Assembly: GCA_018606645.1 (NCBI GenBank)
Contig: JAGVRI010000008.1
Location: forward strand, 68,036-132,035
Direction: 5' to 3'
Length of the DNA: 64,000 nt
Source: Chloroflexota bacterium
GTDB lineage: Bacteria; Chloroflexota; Anaerolineae; JAAYZQ01
The notes beneath the pieces were generated by a model. The model was not told where the DNA came from, did not search any database, and worked only from the letters and a program-made list of their open reading frames with translations. Position numbers and translations under genes: made by a program. This document shows, one piece after another, positions 36,759 through 45,883 of the stretch; within the stretch, counting starts at the first letter, position 1; each line of letters starts with the position of its first letter.

Positions 36759-38111
36759 GTGAGTCCTCAGACCCCTCGTCCGATCGAGCGCAAGAGCGCT
36801 CCCCCTTGGCTGGTCTGGCTGGAGATCGGAATGGTCTCCTTGGCCGCCCCGTTTTTGCTCTTCCCGACCTTCCAACGGCGTGGGACGGTCACCGCTCTGG
36901 CTGCCCTAATCCTGGTCTGGATGTTCCGATGGTTGGTCACCGGCCGGCCCGGCGCCCCGACTCCTTTGGATGTCTCGCTGCTGGTGTTGAGCCTGACGAT
37001 TCCCATTGCCGTCTGGGCCTCGGCCTTGCCAGAAGTGACCCTTCCCAAACTGACCGGCCTGATCCTGGGGCTGGCCGTCTTGCGGCTGACCACTGCCGCC
37101 GTGCGCACGCGGCGCGGTCTGACAGGTGCGACGGCTGCCTTTCTGGTCGTTGGTCTGGGGGTGGCGATATTCGGGGCGCTGGCTACGGCATGGCCAGACA
37201 AGTGGCGGGCGGTGGAATTCTTGCTGAATGCTCTCCCGCAATGGTTGCAAGGCCTGCCGGGTGCTGAAGCGGGCATCAACCCCAACGAGTTGGCCGGCGC
37301 GTTGATCATGGTGATACCGGTGTCATTGGCAATGCTTGTGGCGCCGACGGCCGGACATCCATGGCGCGGTTGGGCGGTGCGCCTCCTGGGATTGTTCCTT
37401 TCGCTGTTCCTGGGTGTCTTGCTTTTCCTCACTCAATCGCGCAGTGCCTGGATTGGCCTGGCCGTGGGGTTGGCGACGATGATCGGCCTCCGCTGGCGCT
37501 GGGCGCGCATTCTGCTTGCGGGTGCACTCGCGGCGGTGGTCCTCATCCTGTGGCGGCTGGGACCTGAATCGGTTATGCAAAGGCTCTTTCAGGTGGTGAA
37601 TCAGAGCGAAATCGGGGGACTGGTCGGCACAGTCAGCCTTGAGGGACGGATGGAGATATGGAACCGGGCGCTATATGCCATCCAGGACTTTCCGTTCACC
37701 GGCACGGGGTTGGGGACCTTTCGCCAGGTGGTACGAGTGCTATATCCTCTGTTTCTGATCGGTCCGGATTTTGACATCGGCCATGCCCACAATGTGTTCC
37801 TGCAAGTGGCGCTGGACCTGGGGCTGCCGGGGCTGATCGCCTATCTGGCGCTGGTAGGGACGGCCGGATGGTTCTGCTGGCGGGCCGCGCAGTCTGCAAG
37901 GAGCCCGGACCGATGGCTGGCCGTTGGCGTACTGGGTTCTCTGGCCGCGTTCCACACCTACGGAATGACCGATGCCATTGCTCTGGGCGCCAAGCCGGGC
38001 GTGGTCTTTTGGTTGCTGGTGGCCCTGGCCGTGCTTCTGGGGACGATCGGCCAGAGAGCAGAAACGGATTCACACGAAACCATGACATCGGCTGAGGCAG
38101 CAGACGGATGA
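36759..38111 (+). CDS. O-antigen ligase/polymerase-family membrane protein (Wzy_C domain)
   Basis: polytopic; LFLTQSRSAWIGLAVGLATM block typical of the Wzy_C/O-antigen ligase domain; start approximate (GTG 36759 or downstream ATG). Confidence 0.6.
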   Translation: MSPQTPRPIERKSAPPWLVWLEIGMVSLAAPFLLFPTFQRRGTVTALAALILVWMFRWLVTGRPGAPTPLDVSLLVLSLTIPIAVWASALPEVTLPKLTGLILGLAVLRLTTAAVRTRRGLTGATAAFLVVGLGVAIFGALATAWPDKWRAVEFLLNALPQWLQGLPGAEAGINPNELAGALIMVIPVSLAMLVAPTAGHPWRGWAVRLLGLFLSLFLGVLLFLTQSRSAWIGLAVGLATMIGLRWRWARILLAGALAAVVLILWRLGPESVMQRLFQVVNQSEIGGLVGTVSLEGRMEIWNRALYAIQDFPFTGTGLGTFRQVVRVLYPLFLIGPDFDIGHAHNVFLQVALDLGLPGLIAYLALVGTAGWFCWRAAQSARSPDRWLAVGVLGSLAAFHTYGMTDAIALGAKPGVVFWLLVALAVLLGTIGQRAETDSHETMTSAEAADG

Positions 38112-40453
38112 TCGACGGGTGGGGCGTTTTCAGCCAGGCACTGTGGATTATCGGCCTGGCGGTCAATCTGGCGGTAATCAGCACGGCGAACTATCAGGCC
38201 CAGGTGGAGCGGGTTCGCTTGCGACAGAAACTGGGCGAAGCTGGGTTCCAGCTTGGGATCAACCTGGGCATGGTTCTGTTTTGCGTGGGACTGCTTCTTG
38301 CCGGACGTTCCTGGTGGGAGAAGGCGCTGTGGGGCCTGGTGGGCGTGTCATTTTTGGCCCAGTTGCTCTGGGTCGGGCGCGTAAGGTTCTTGGCCTCCTC
38401 ACGCGCCGTACTTCGAGAGGAAGCGTCCCAACCCGAACCTTCAGCCGAAACCGCGAAACCGCGCTCAGGGGGACCGCGCCGCTGGCTGGGCATGGTATTC
38501 CTGGTGGCAGGGGTGTTGATCCTGCTGGGCTGGCTGGTGGTGACCAGTGTCCAGGTGTTTCAGCATACCCTCTCGCTCCGTGCCCATCTCCAATCGTTGG
38601 AAAGGGTCGCGCGGGGCAACATCAGCCGGTTAGGGCCGGCTGAATGGAAAGAGGCTGGAGGCCATCTGACCGGGATGCGCCAGGACCTGGAGGCCTTGGA
38701 TGCTCAGCTAGGGCCTTTTCTGCCGCTGGGACGTTTCCTGGGCTGGGTACCGACCTATGGAGGGGACCTGGCGGCAGCTCCTGATCTCCTGGACTTGGCG
38801 GTGGCGATGGTCAGCGCCGGGGACCGGACATTCCGTGCTCTGGCGCCGGCTCTGGACCTTCTTGCTGGCGAGGAATCCGGTACGGACGCCGGGGCAGCAA
38901 TAACCGAGCGCTTGCTTTCGATATTGGAGACGGCGCAACCGGAGTTGCAGGCGGCGCAGCAAGAGCTGGCGATGGCCCAGGAACTGCGGTCCCGTCTTGA
39001 CCGGAACCGGTTGTCCCCCCAAGTGGCTGGATTGCTCGATCGGTTGGATCGCTATGGGCCATGGTTCGAGACGGCCGTGCAGGGGGCAAGCCTGGCCCCG
39101 GGCCTGTTGGGGGCGGAAGAAGCACGAACCTATCTCATCCTGGCCCAAAACAACCAGGAATTACGGGCTACTGGCGGCTTTATCAGCGGGGTGGGTGAAC
39201 TCAGAATTCGGAAAGGGCGTTTGGAATCGTTGACGTTCAGCGATAGTTACGCGGTGGACAACCTGGCGGTGCCCCATGATCTGACTCCGGTTGATTTTCA
39301 GCGGACTCTGTTCGGACAGTTGTGGTTTTTCCGGGACACGAACTGGGATCCGGATTTTCGCACTTCGGCCCGGCGCGCCCTGGAAGTCTATGCCCGGGAC
39401 CGGGGGGTGCGGGCTGATGGCGTCATCGCTCTGGATCTGACCGCCCTCCAACGCCTGGTGAAGGCGGTGGGTCCGCTCCAGGTGGAAGGCATTGCCGAAC
39501 CGGTGACCGGTCAGAATCTGCTCCAGGTGCTCCGCCAGGAATGGGGCCGGTCGTCGGCCGAAGAGGGGCAAGAATGGCGTGAGTGGTGGCTGCATCGCAA
39601 AGATTTTATGGGTCCTATCGCTCGGGCGCTGATGGAAAGGCTCACAACAGGTCGAGGCTTGCAAGCAGCAGCCTTGATCCCAGCCTTGATCCAGATTCTG
39701 GAGGAGAAACATCTGCTGATCTATATGGCTGATCCTGAGGTGGCCGAGTTGCTGCGCGCCAGAAACTGGGATGGAGCGTTGGTAGCCCCGCCTGCATCGG
39801 ATGCCTTGTTGGTGGTAGATACGAATGTCGGTTTCAACAAAGTGGATGTCAACATTGAGCGCTCGATTCATTACCAGGTGGATTTGACGACTCCAGAGAA
39901 CCCCCGGGCGCAACTGGTTCTGACCTACCAGAACCAAAGCCGCCGCGTGGCGGAGGCGTGTATCCAGGAAGCGCGGTATGGCCGTACCTACGCCGACATG
40001 ACCGAGCGCTGCTACTGGGACTATGTTCGAGTGTATGTGCCCGCGGGTAGTCAGCTTGTATCGGGACCGCCACCCGCCCTGCCGGCCGGCAGCCTGTTGG
40101 CTCGCAGCGGCGAGGCCTACCCTCAGCCGCCGATCAGTCCGACGCTCCAGGCTGACGATTGGGAGGTATGGACGGTGTTCTTTGCCCTGGAGCCGCTGGG
40201 GCAGCAGACGTGGACGTTTGTGTATGACTTGCCGCCTGATGTGTTGGATTATAGTCCCGATGGGTCGGTTCGCTACCGACTTTGGGTTTTCAAACAACCC
40301 GGCACGGGAGCCGCGCCGCTTGAGGTAGAGCTCGTGCTGCCAGCGAATAGCAAAGTGGTGAGTGCATCGCCCAAGGATCTGCCTGTGATCTCCACCGATT
40401 TGAAGGTGGACCGCACGTTCGAGCTTCTGTTTCGAAGGGAGACCCGTCCATGA
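38108..40453 (+). CDS. large membrane-anchored extracytoplasmic protein, uncharacterized (possibly DUF4012 family)
   Basis: N-terminal TM helices then about 600 soluble residues; motif LILAQNNQELRATGGFISGVGE recalled as DUF4012-like but not verifiable here; ATGA overlap with upstream ligase gene. Confidence 0.45.
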   Translation: MIDGWGVFSQALWIIGLAVNLAVISTANYQAQVERVRLRQKLGEAGFQLGINLGMVLFCVGLLLAGRSWWEKALWGLVGVSFLAQLLWVGRVRFLASSRAVLREEASQPEPSAETAKPRSGGPRRWLGMVFLVAGVLILLGWLVVTSVQVFQHTLSLRAHLQSLERVARGNISRLGPAEWKEAGGHLTGMRQDLEALDAQLGPFLPLGRFLGWVPTYGGDLAAAPDLLDLAVAMVSAGDRTFRALAPALDLLAGEESGTDAGAAITERLLSILETAQPELQAAQQELAMAQELRSRLDRNRLSPQVAGLLDRLDRYGPWFETAVQGASLAPGLLGAEEARTYLILAQNNQELRATGGFISGVGELRIRKGRLESLTFSDSYAVDNLAVPHDLTPVDFQRTLFGQLWFFRDTNWDPDFRTSARRALEVYARDRGVRADGVIALDLTALQRLVKAVGPLQVEGIAEPVTGQNLLQVLRQEWGRSSAEEGQEWREWWLHRKDFMGPIARALMERLTTGRGLQAAALIPALIQILEEKHLLIYMADPEVAELLRARNWDGALVAPPASDALLVVDTNVGFNKVDVNIERSIHYQVDLTTPENPRAQLVLTYQNQSRRVAEACIQEARYGRTYADMTERCYWDYVRVYVPAGSQLVSGPPPALPAGSLLARSGEAYPQPPISPTLQADDWEVWTVFFALEPLGQQTWTFVYDLPPDVLDYSPDGSVRYRLWVFKQPGTGAAPLEVELVLPANSKVVSASPKDLPVISTDLKVDRTFELLFRRETRP

Positions 40454-41082
40454 AGCGGAGAGATGACCGATGGACCTGGATCGTGGCCCTGGCCGGGATG
40501 CTGATCATCCGGTTACTCGCCGGGGGTGGGGGAAGCGATCTGACCGTCCAGGCTGACCGTCCGAACCAGACGATCCCGACTCCAACCACGCCGGCTCCCC
40601 CGGTTGCCTCACCGACGCCCAAAGCTACATTCACCTCTGTGCCCACGGAACCGCCGGTCACGCCTCGGCCGGCGACCGAAACAGCACCGGCACTTGATAC
40701 TCTTACGCCGACGGCGATGCCGGTTTCGCCGTCACCCACCGCCACTGCCCCGGTCCCCGGCACCCCATCTCCATCGGTGACTGTTCCCGGACCGACGGAG
40801 ACACCGACTGCCACCTCTGAACCAGAACAGAAACCCGTTTCGGTCAGTCCCACTTCCCCGATACCACCATCGGCCCCGGCATTAAGCGTCACCCCAGAAC
40901 TGGCGCAACCCACTCCGGTTGCCTCCAGGGAGGTCGCGCCGACTCCGGAGGCCACTGCACCGACGCCTCCTGCTGCGGAGGCTCGATCCGGATGGTGGTC
41001 CTGGCCGTACCTGTGGATCGCCGTGGGTTTGATCTTGATCGGCGCCGGATTGGTCATGCTGGTGCGACGGCGAAGCTCATGA
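40450..41082 (+). CDS. Pro/Thr/Ser-rich low-complexity protein with N- and C-terminal TM segments
   Basis: PTPTTPAPPVASPTPKATFTSVPTEPPVTPRP... linker flanked by hydrophobic segments; ATGA overlaps on both sides. Confidence 0.45.
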   Translation: MKRRDDRWTWIVALAGMLIIRLLAGGGGSDLTVQADRPNQTIPTPTTPAPPVASPTPKATFTSVPTEPPVTPRPATETAPALDTLTPTAMPVSPSPTATAPVPGTPSPSVTVPGPTETPTATSEPEQKPVSVSPTSPIPPSAPALSVTPELAQPTPVASREVAPTPEATAPTPPAAEARSGWWSWPYLWIAVGLILIGAGLVMLVRRRSS

Positions 41083-42395
41083 CCATTGGTTCGCCCTCCC
41101 GTCGATCGGCGATGCTGGCGTTAACGCTGGTGATCGTGGGGGCGGTTCTGATCGGATGGAGTCTGGTCCGCCTGTGGCCCCACGTCGTTCCTCAATCCGG
41201 CCCGGCAGTCACCGTGTCGCCCACCGTTCCACCTGCGACGGCTACCGAGCCGATCCTGCCTCCTGCCCCCACGGGGCTGTCCCTCGCTACTCAGGAGCGG
41301 CCCATCCACGCCACCCCCTCCCCTCGCTTCCAGACTGCGTCCCCGACGGCAACCGCTGTGGTAGGAGCCGGGCTCTCCCCGACACCGTCGGTGGGTCCGG
41401 GGCCGGTCACGCTGGCGCCATCCTCCAGCTTTACTCCGTCCTCTGTGCCTTCGGCGACGCCAGTACCAGTGTCAAAGGGGCTGTATTCCTTGCGACAGCG
41501 ATTGGGCGTTGGCGCCTCGAGTCGGCGCGTGACACAGGAGGTCGCCCGCGAACTGGAGTTCGGTTGGTACCTGGACTGGACGGCTCGGGCCGACGCGTTT
41601 CGGTCGCCTGAGGTGGAATATCTGCCCATGATCCGGATCAAGAACGGCCAGCCGCATCTGAAGGGGGACGCCCTGCGCCAGGCGGTGAAGGCTCTGCCTG
41701 GAGCGGTATGGCTGATTGGCAATGAACCGGATGTCAAATGGCAGGATAACGTCCCGCCAGAGGTGTATGCCCAGGTCTATCATGATCTGTACGACCAGCT
41801 CAAAGTCCTCGATCCCGCCTGTCAGGTGGCCATCGGCGGCGTGTCGCAGCCAACCCCTCTGCGGATGCGGTACCTGAACCTGATTCTGGAGGCGTACCAG
41901 AGCCAGTACGGCGAGCCCATGCCGGTGGACGTGTGGAACGTGCACAACTTTATCTTGCGTGAAGAACGGGATAGTTGGGGGGTGGACATTCCCCCGGGCC
42001 TGACCGAGCAGACTGGCATCCTGTATGAAATCACCGATCACGATGACCTGACCATCTTCCGTCAGCAGATCGTCGAGTTTCGGAAGTGGATGCGGGACCG
42101 AGGCCAGCAAGATAAACCCCTTATCGTCAGTGAGTACGGGATTCTCATGCCCAATGAGTATGGATTTCCCGCGCGCCGAGTCGAGCAGTTTATGGTGGAC
42201 ACCTTTGAGTTCTTTCGCACAGCGGTCGATCCCGCGTTGGGTTATGCCGCCGACGGGTATCGACTGGTGCAACGTTGGTGCTGGTTCAGTCTGGCCGATC
42301 CCCGCTATCCAACCGGCAACCTCGTCCAACTGGAGAGTGGACAACTGACCCCCCTCGGCAAAGCATTTCGATCCTACGCTGAGTCCCCCCACTAA
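41079..42395 (+). CDS. membrane-anchored GH-clan-A-like protein, paralog of the N-terminal domain of 34255..36750
   Basis: AVWLIGNEPDVKWQDNVPPEVYAQVYHDLYDQLK..QVAIGGVSQPTPLRMRYLN..MPVDVWNVHNFIL..KPLIVSEYGILMP aligns block-for-block with the 34255 protein; N-terminal TM + P/S/T linker. Confidence 0.6.
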   Translation: MTIGSPSRRSAMLALTLVIVGAVLIGWSLVRLWPHVVPQSGPAVTVSPTVPPATATEPILPPAPTGLSLATQERPIHATPSPRFQTASPTATAVVGAGLSPTPSVGPGPVTLAPSSSFTPSSVPSATPVPVSKGLYSLRQRLGVGASSRRVTQEVARELEFGWYLDWTARADAFRSPEVEYLPMIRIKNGQPHLKGDALRQAVKALPGAVWLIGNEPDVKWQDNVPPEVYAQVYHDLYDQLKVLDPACQVAIGGVSQPTPLRMRYLNLILEAYQSQYGEPMPVDVWNVHNFILREERDSWGVDIPPGLTEQTGILYEITDHDDLTIFRQQIVEFRKWMRDRGQQDKPLIVSEYGILMPNEYGFPARRVEQFMVDTFEFFRTAVDPALGYAADGYRLVQRWCWFSLADPRYPTGNLVQLESGQLTPLGKAFRSYAESPH

Positions 42396-42713
42396 CAGCC
42401 TATCCGAAAACTCGGACTACTCCCGCCGCGCCACGGCCCGATGGCGGACTGTCGCCCGCTGTGAGCAGGTCTTGGGCTGGTGCTGGCAGGAAGCCTCTCG
42501 GTGTGACCATCGGCCGCCCTACCGGGAGCCATCGTCTCCGCCAACTTGATCCGGCTGTTGCAAAGTAGATTGACAAGCCCGTTGCGGTTTTGTGGAACAG
42601 CCCAGGAGAGTGGACGCCTTCGCTGGGTTCTGCGTGATTCTGTTCCGGCTGAAGCTTCCACTCCCAGCGGGTGTTGGACCTTGCAGCAGCTCTAGCCGAC
42701 CACGCCAGTCGGC

Positions 42714-42742
42714 TTGACAGAGGTAGTGCTATCTGCTAAAAT
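42714..42742 (+). promoter_or_regulatory. candidate sigma70 promoter TTGACA -17- TAAAAT for the TetR gene
   Basis: hexamers read directly. Confidence 0.45.
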
Positions 42743-42764
42743 GATACCGACCGGTCGGTATCAT
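42741..42764 (+). promoter_or_regulatory. perfect 24-bp palindrome ATGATACCGACC|GGTCGGTATCAT, putative TetR operator overlapping the -10
   Basis: exact inverted repeat, 15 nt upstream of the TetR start. Confidence 0.6.
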
Positions 42765-42778
42765 TTTCGGAGAGAACA

Positions 42779-43426
42779 ATGGCTACCCAACGACGAGGAG
42801 AAGAAACGCGTTCCCATATTCTGGACGTTGCCCTGGAATGTTTTGCCCGAAACGGCTATGACGCCACCAGTGTAGCAGAGATCTGCTCTCAGGCTGGTGT
42901 CACCAAGGGGGCCTTCTATCATCACTTCTCGGGCAAGCAGTCTCTCTTTCTGGATTTGCTGGAGCGCTGGTTGCAAGGCGTCGATGTCCAGTTGGAAGAA
43001 GCCCACCTCGAGGGGCGGAGTGTGCCGGAGGAGTTACTTCATATGACGGCGCTGGTCGGGCGGGTCTTCCAGGAAGCGAGAGGGAAACTTCCAATTTTCC
43101 TGGAGTTTCTGACCAAAGCCGGGCAGAGTCCTATCGTCTGGCAGGCGACAGTCGTACCCTTTCGCAAGTATCAGCGGTTCTTTGCCGGTCGGATCCAGCA
43201 GGGGATTGAGGAGGGGGCATTCGAGGCGGTGAATCCAGAAATGGCAGCCAACGTCCTCTTGTCTTTTTCGGTCGGGTTGGTGGCGTTGGGTCTGTTGGAC
43301 CCCCATGGCGCGGATTGGGCCCAGGTGGCCCAGGAAGGCATGAGGATCATGCTGGATGGACTGAGAAAGCATCAACGCGACTCAGCGATGAACGATAACA
43401 AACCACGAGAAGGGATGGGAAGATGA
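42779..43426 (+). CDS. TetR/AcrR-family transcriptional regulator
   Basis: N-terminal HTH TRSHILDVALECFARNGYDATSVAEICSQAGVTKGAFYHHFSGKQSLF. Confidence 0.85.
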   Translation: MATQRRGEETRSHILDVALECFARNGYDATSVAEICSQAGVTKGAFYHHFSGKQSLFLDLLERWLQGVDVQLEEAHLEGRSVPEELLHMTALVGRVFQEARGKLPIFLEFLTKAGQSPIVWQATVVPFRKYQRFFAGRIQQGIEEGAFEAVNPEMAANVLLSFSVGLVALGLLDPHGADWAQVAQEGMRIMLDGLRKHQRDSAMNDNKPREGMGR

Positions 43427-44460
43427 AGGTATTGCTTACTGGAGCATTTGGCAACATTGGCCAGAGTACACTGGCCGAGCTCATTCGAAAAGGGTATACG
43501 GTACGCTGTTTTGATGTCCCCACCCGGGCCAACCGGAAGGCGGCTCGCCGATTTCGAGGTCAGATCGAAGTGATCTGGGGTGACTTGCGCCGCCCGGAGG
43601 ATGTGGCGGCCGCAGTGCGTGATCAGGAGGCAGTGATCCACCTGGCTTTTATCATCCCCAAGCTGTCCGTCACTGGGTTCGAGTGTGAGGAACACCCGGA
43701 CTGGGCGTGGGAGATCAATGTCGGCGGCACCCGGAATCTTCTGGAGGCGATGAAGGCGATGGCTCAGCCTCCGAGACTGCTTTTTGCGTCATCGTATCAC
43801 ATCTACGGCCGCACTCAGGATCAACCGCCACCCAGAAAGGCGACCGATCCGGTCCAGCCGGTTGAACATTACGCTCATCACAAGATCGAATGTGAGGCCA
43901 TGATCCGTGCCTCTGGACTGGAATGGGCTATCCTGCGGCTCGCTGCGACGCTGCCTATCGCCTTGAGGCTGGATCCAGGGATGTTCGATGTGCCGCTCTT
44001 TAACCGGATGGAGTATGTGCACACGCGGGATGTAGGTCTGGCTTTTGCCAATGCGGTCTCTCATCCGGATGTGTGGGGCAAGATCTTGTTGATCGGGGGA
44101 GGTCCCCGCTGTCAGTACACCTATGGAGAGATCGTCCGCCGCGTATTGGAGAGTATGGGGCTTGGGATGTTGCCGGAAGAAGCGTTTACCAAAGTCCCGT
44201 TCCCTACCGACTGGATCGATACAACCGAGAGCCAGCGGCTTCTCCAGTACCAGCGGCATACCCTGGATGACTATATACAGGATATGCTCAGCCAACTGGG
44301 CTATCGGCGGTACCTGATCCGCGTGTTTCGCCCGCTGATCCGGTTCATGCTGTTGAGACAATCGCCGTATTACCGTCCGGCCCAGGCGCGATGGTTCACC
44401 GTGCTCAGCCAGGGACTCAAGATGCTGAAGGGCAAGCCTGGTAGGGTTGGCATCCATTAG
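43423..44460 (+). CDS. NAD-dependent epimerase/dehydratase-family SDR protein
   Basis: MKVLLTGAFGNIGQSTLAEL Rossmann motif; ATGA overlap with TetR gene. Confidence 0.65.
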   Translation: MKVLLTGAFGNIGQSTLAELIRKGYTVRCFDVPTRANRKAARRFRGQIEVIWGDLRRPEDVAAAVRDQEAVIHLAFIIPKLSVTGFECEEHPDWAWEINVGGTRNLLEAMKAMAQPPRLLFASSYHIYGRTQDQPPPRKATDPVQPVEHYAHHKIECEAMIRASGLEWAILRLAATLPIALRLDPGMFDVPLFNRMEYVHTRDVGLAFANAVSHPDVWGKILLIGGGPRCQYTYGEIVRRVLESMGLGMLPEEAFTKVPFPTDWIDTTESQRLLQYQRHTLDDYIQDMLSQLGYRRYLIRVFRPLIRFMLLRQSPYYRPAQARWFTVLSQGLKMLKGKPGRVGIH

Positions 44461-44498
44461 GCATGACCTTGGGGAGAACTTGCCGACCCGCATCGGGC

Positions 44499-44533
44499 GC
44501 GGCTGTCTTGGGTGAGACAGCCGCGTTTTTCTT
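44499..44533 (+). terminator. Rho-independent terminator (10-bp GC-rich stem, 6-nt loop, GTTTTTCTT tail)
   Basis: GCGGCTGTCT tgggtg AGACAGCCGC gtttttctt read directly. Confidence 0.6.
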
Positions 44534-44683
44534 ATAGGTCGGAATCGTTGAGTGGAACGACTCTTCAGCCTGAGCGGAACTCGACGGCTCTGGTTTGCCT
44601 GCCTTGGATTCATCAAGTATAATGGAGGGGATGTCGCAGACGTAAGAAGGAACCCTTCTAGCAATGGCGCAGAGGAGGACCCA

Positions 44684-45841
44684 ATGGATTTCAAATTGAC
44701 CGAAGAACAGAAGATGATCCAGGCGATGGCCAGGGATTTTGCCCAAAAAGAGATCAAGCCGATTGCCGCCCGGATTGACGAAGAGGCGATCTTTCCTGTC
44801 GAAACAGTCAAAAGAATGGGTGAGCTTGGGTTTATGGGCATCGAGATCCCGGAAGAATATGGCGGGGCCGGGATGGATACGATCAGTTACGTACTGGCGG
44901 TCATCGAGATCTCCAAGGCGTGCGCTTCACACGGGGTGATCATGTCGGTCAACAACTCTCTGGTCTGCTATGGCCTGTATGCATTTGGCACTGAGCGGCA
45001 GAAGGAAACATTTCTGGTCCCCCTGGCGAGTGGGAAGAAGCTAGGGGCTTACTCGCTGACCGAGCCCCAGGCAGGTTCTGACCCGGCCAGCATACGCTGT
45101 ACAGCCGAATATGATCCGGTTGCGGACGAATATGTCATCAGTGGGACCAAAGCCTGGGTGACGAGCGGTCCTAATGCGGATGTGATTATCTTGTTCGCCA
45201 TGACCGACCGGAGCAAGGGGAGCCGGGGGATTTCAGCCTTTATCGTCGATACCAAACGTCCTGGTTTCTCGGTGGGCAAAGTGGAACCCAAACTGGGCAT
45301 TCGCGCGTCTCATACTTCAGAACTGATCTTTGAGAACTATCGTCTACCAGCCTGGCACCGGTTGGGGGACGAGGGGATGGGGCTCAAGATCGCCCTGGCC
45401 ATCCTGGATGCCGGGCGGATTGGCATTGCGGCTCAGGCGGTTGGCATCGCCGAAGCTGCCTACGAGGCAGCTCGCGACTATGCCAAGGAGCGGGAACAGT
45501 TCGGTCAGCGCATTGCCGAGTTCCAAGCCATCCAATGGATGTTGGCTGACATGAAGACACGTATCGAAGCATCTCGCCTGTTGACCTATCAGGCAGCGTT
45601 GGCCAAGGAGGAGGCGAAAAAGTCGGGACAACGCTACAGCCTTGAGGCTTCCATGGCCAAGCTCTTTGCGTCGGAAACGGCGATGTGGGTGACGACCAAG
45701 GCCATCCAGATCTTTGGAGGCAATGGCTATAGCAAAGAGTATCCGGTGGAGCGTTACTTCCGGGATGCCAAGATTACGGAGATCTATGAAGGGACCAGCG
45801 AAATCCAGCGGCTGGTAATAGCCCGGAGTATCCTGTCGTGA
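44684..45841 (+). CDS. acyl-CoA dehydrogenase (short/medium-chain, butyryl-CoA dehydrogenase-like)
   Basis: MDFKLTEEQKMIQAMARDFAQKEIKPIAARIDEE..FP and C-terminal IYEGTSEIQRLVIAR are classic ACAD signatures. Confidence 0.85.
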   Translation: MDFKLTEEQKMIQAMARDFAQKEIKPIAARIDEEAIFPVETVKRMGELGFMGIEIPEEYGGAGMDTISYVLAVIEISKACASHGVIMSVNNSLVCYGLYAFGTERQKETFLVPLASGKKLGAYSLTEPQAGSDPASIRCTAEYDPVADEYVISGTKAWVTSGPNADVIILFAMTDRSKGSRGISAFIVDTKRPGFSVGKVEPKLGIRASHTSELIFENYRLPAWHRLGDEGMGLKIALAILDAGRIGIAAQAVGIAEAAYEAARDYAKEREQFGQRIAEFQAIQWMLADMKTRIEASRLLTYQAALAKEEAKKSGQRYSLEASMAKLFASETAMWVTTKAIQIFGGNGYSKEYPVERYFRDAKITEIYEGTSEIQRLVIARSILS

Positions 45842-45883
45842 GAGGAGTCGTGGTAGATTCTCTTGCCTCTTGAGCCAGGGATA

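Noticed and set aside
39161-40297. 378-aa minus-strand ORF
   Set aside because: Antisense shadow of the 38108..40453 gene. Low-complexity Arg-rich translation.
40290-41057. 255-aa Gly/Val/Thr-rich minus-strand ORF
   Set aside because: Mirror image of the Pro/Thr-rich + strand gene. The + strand ORF is translationally coupled (ATGA) to both neighbours, so the + strand is coding.
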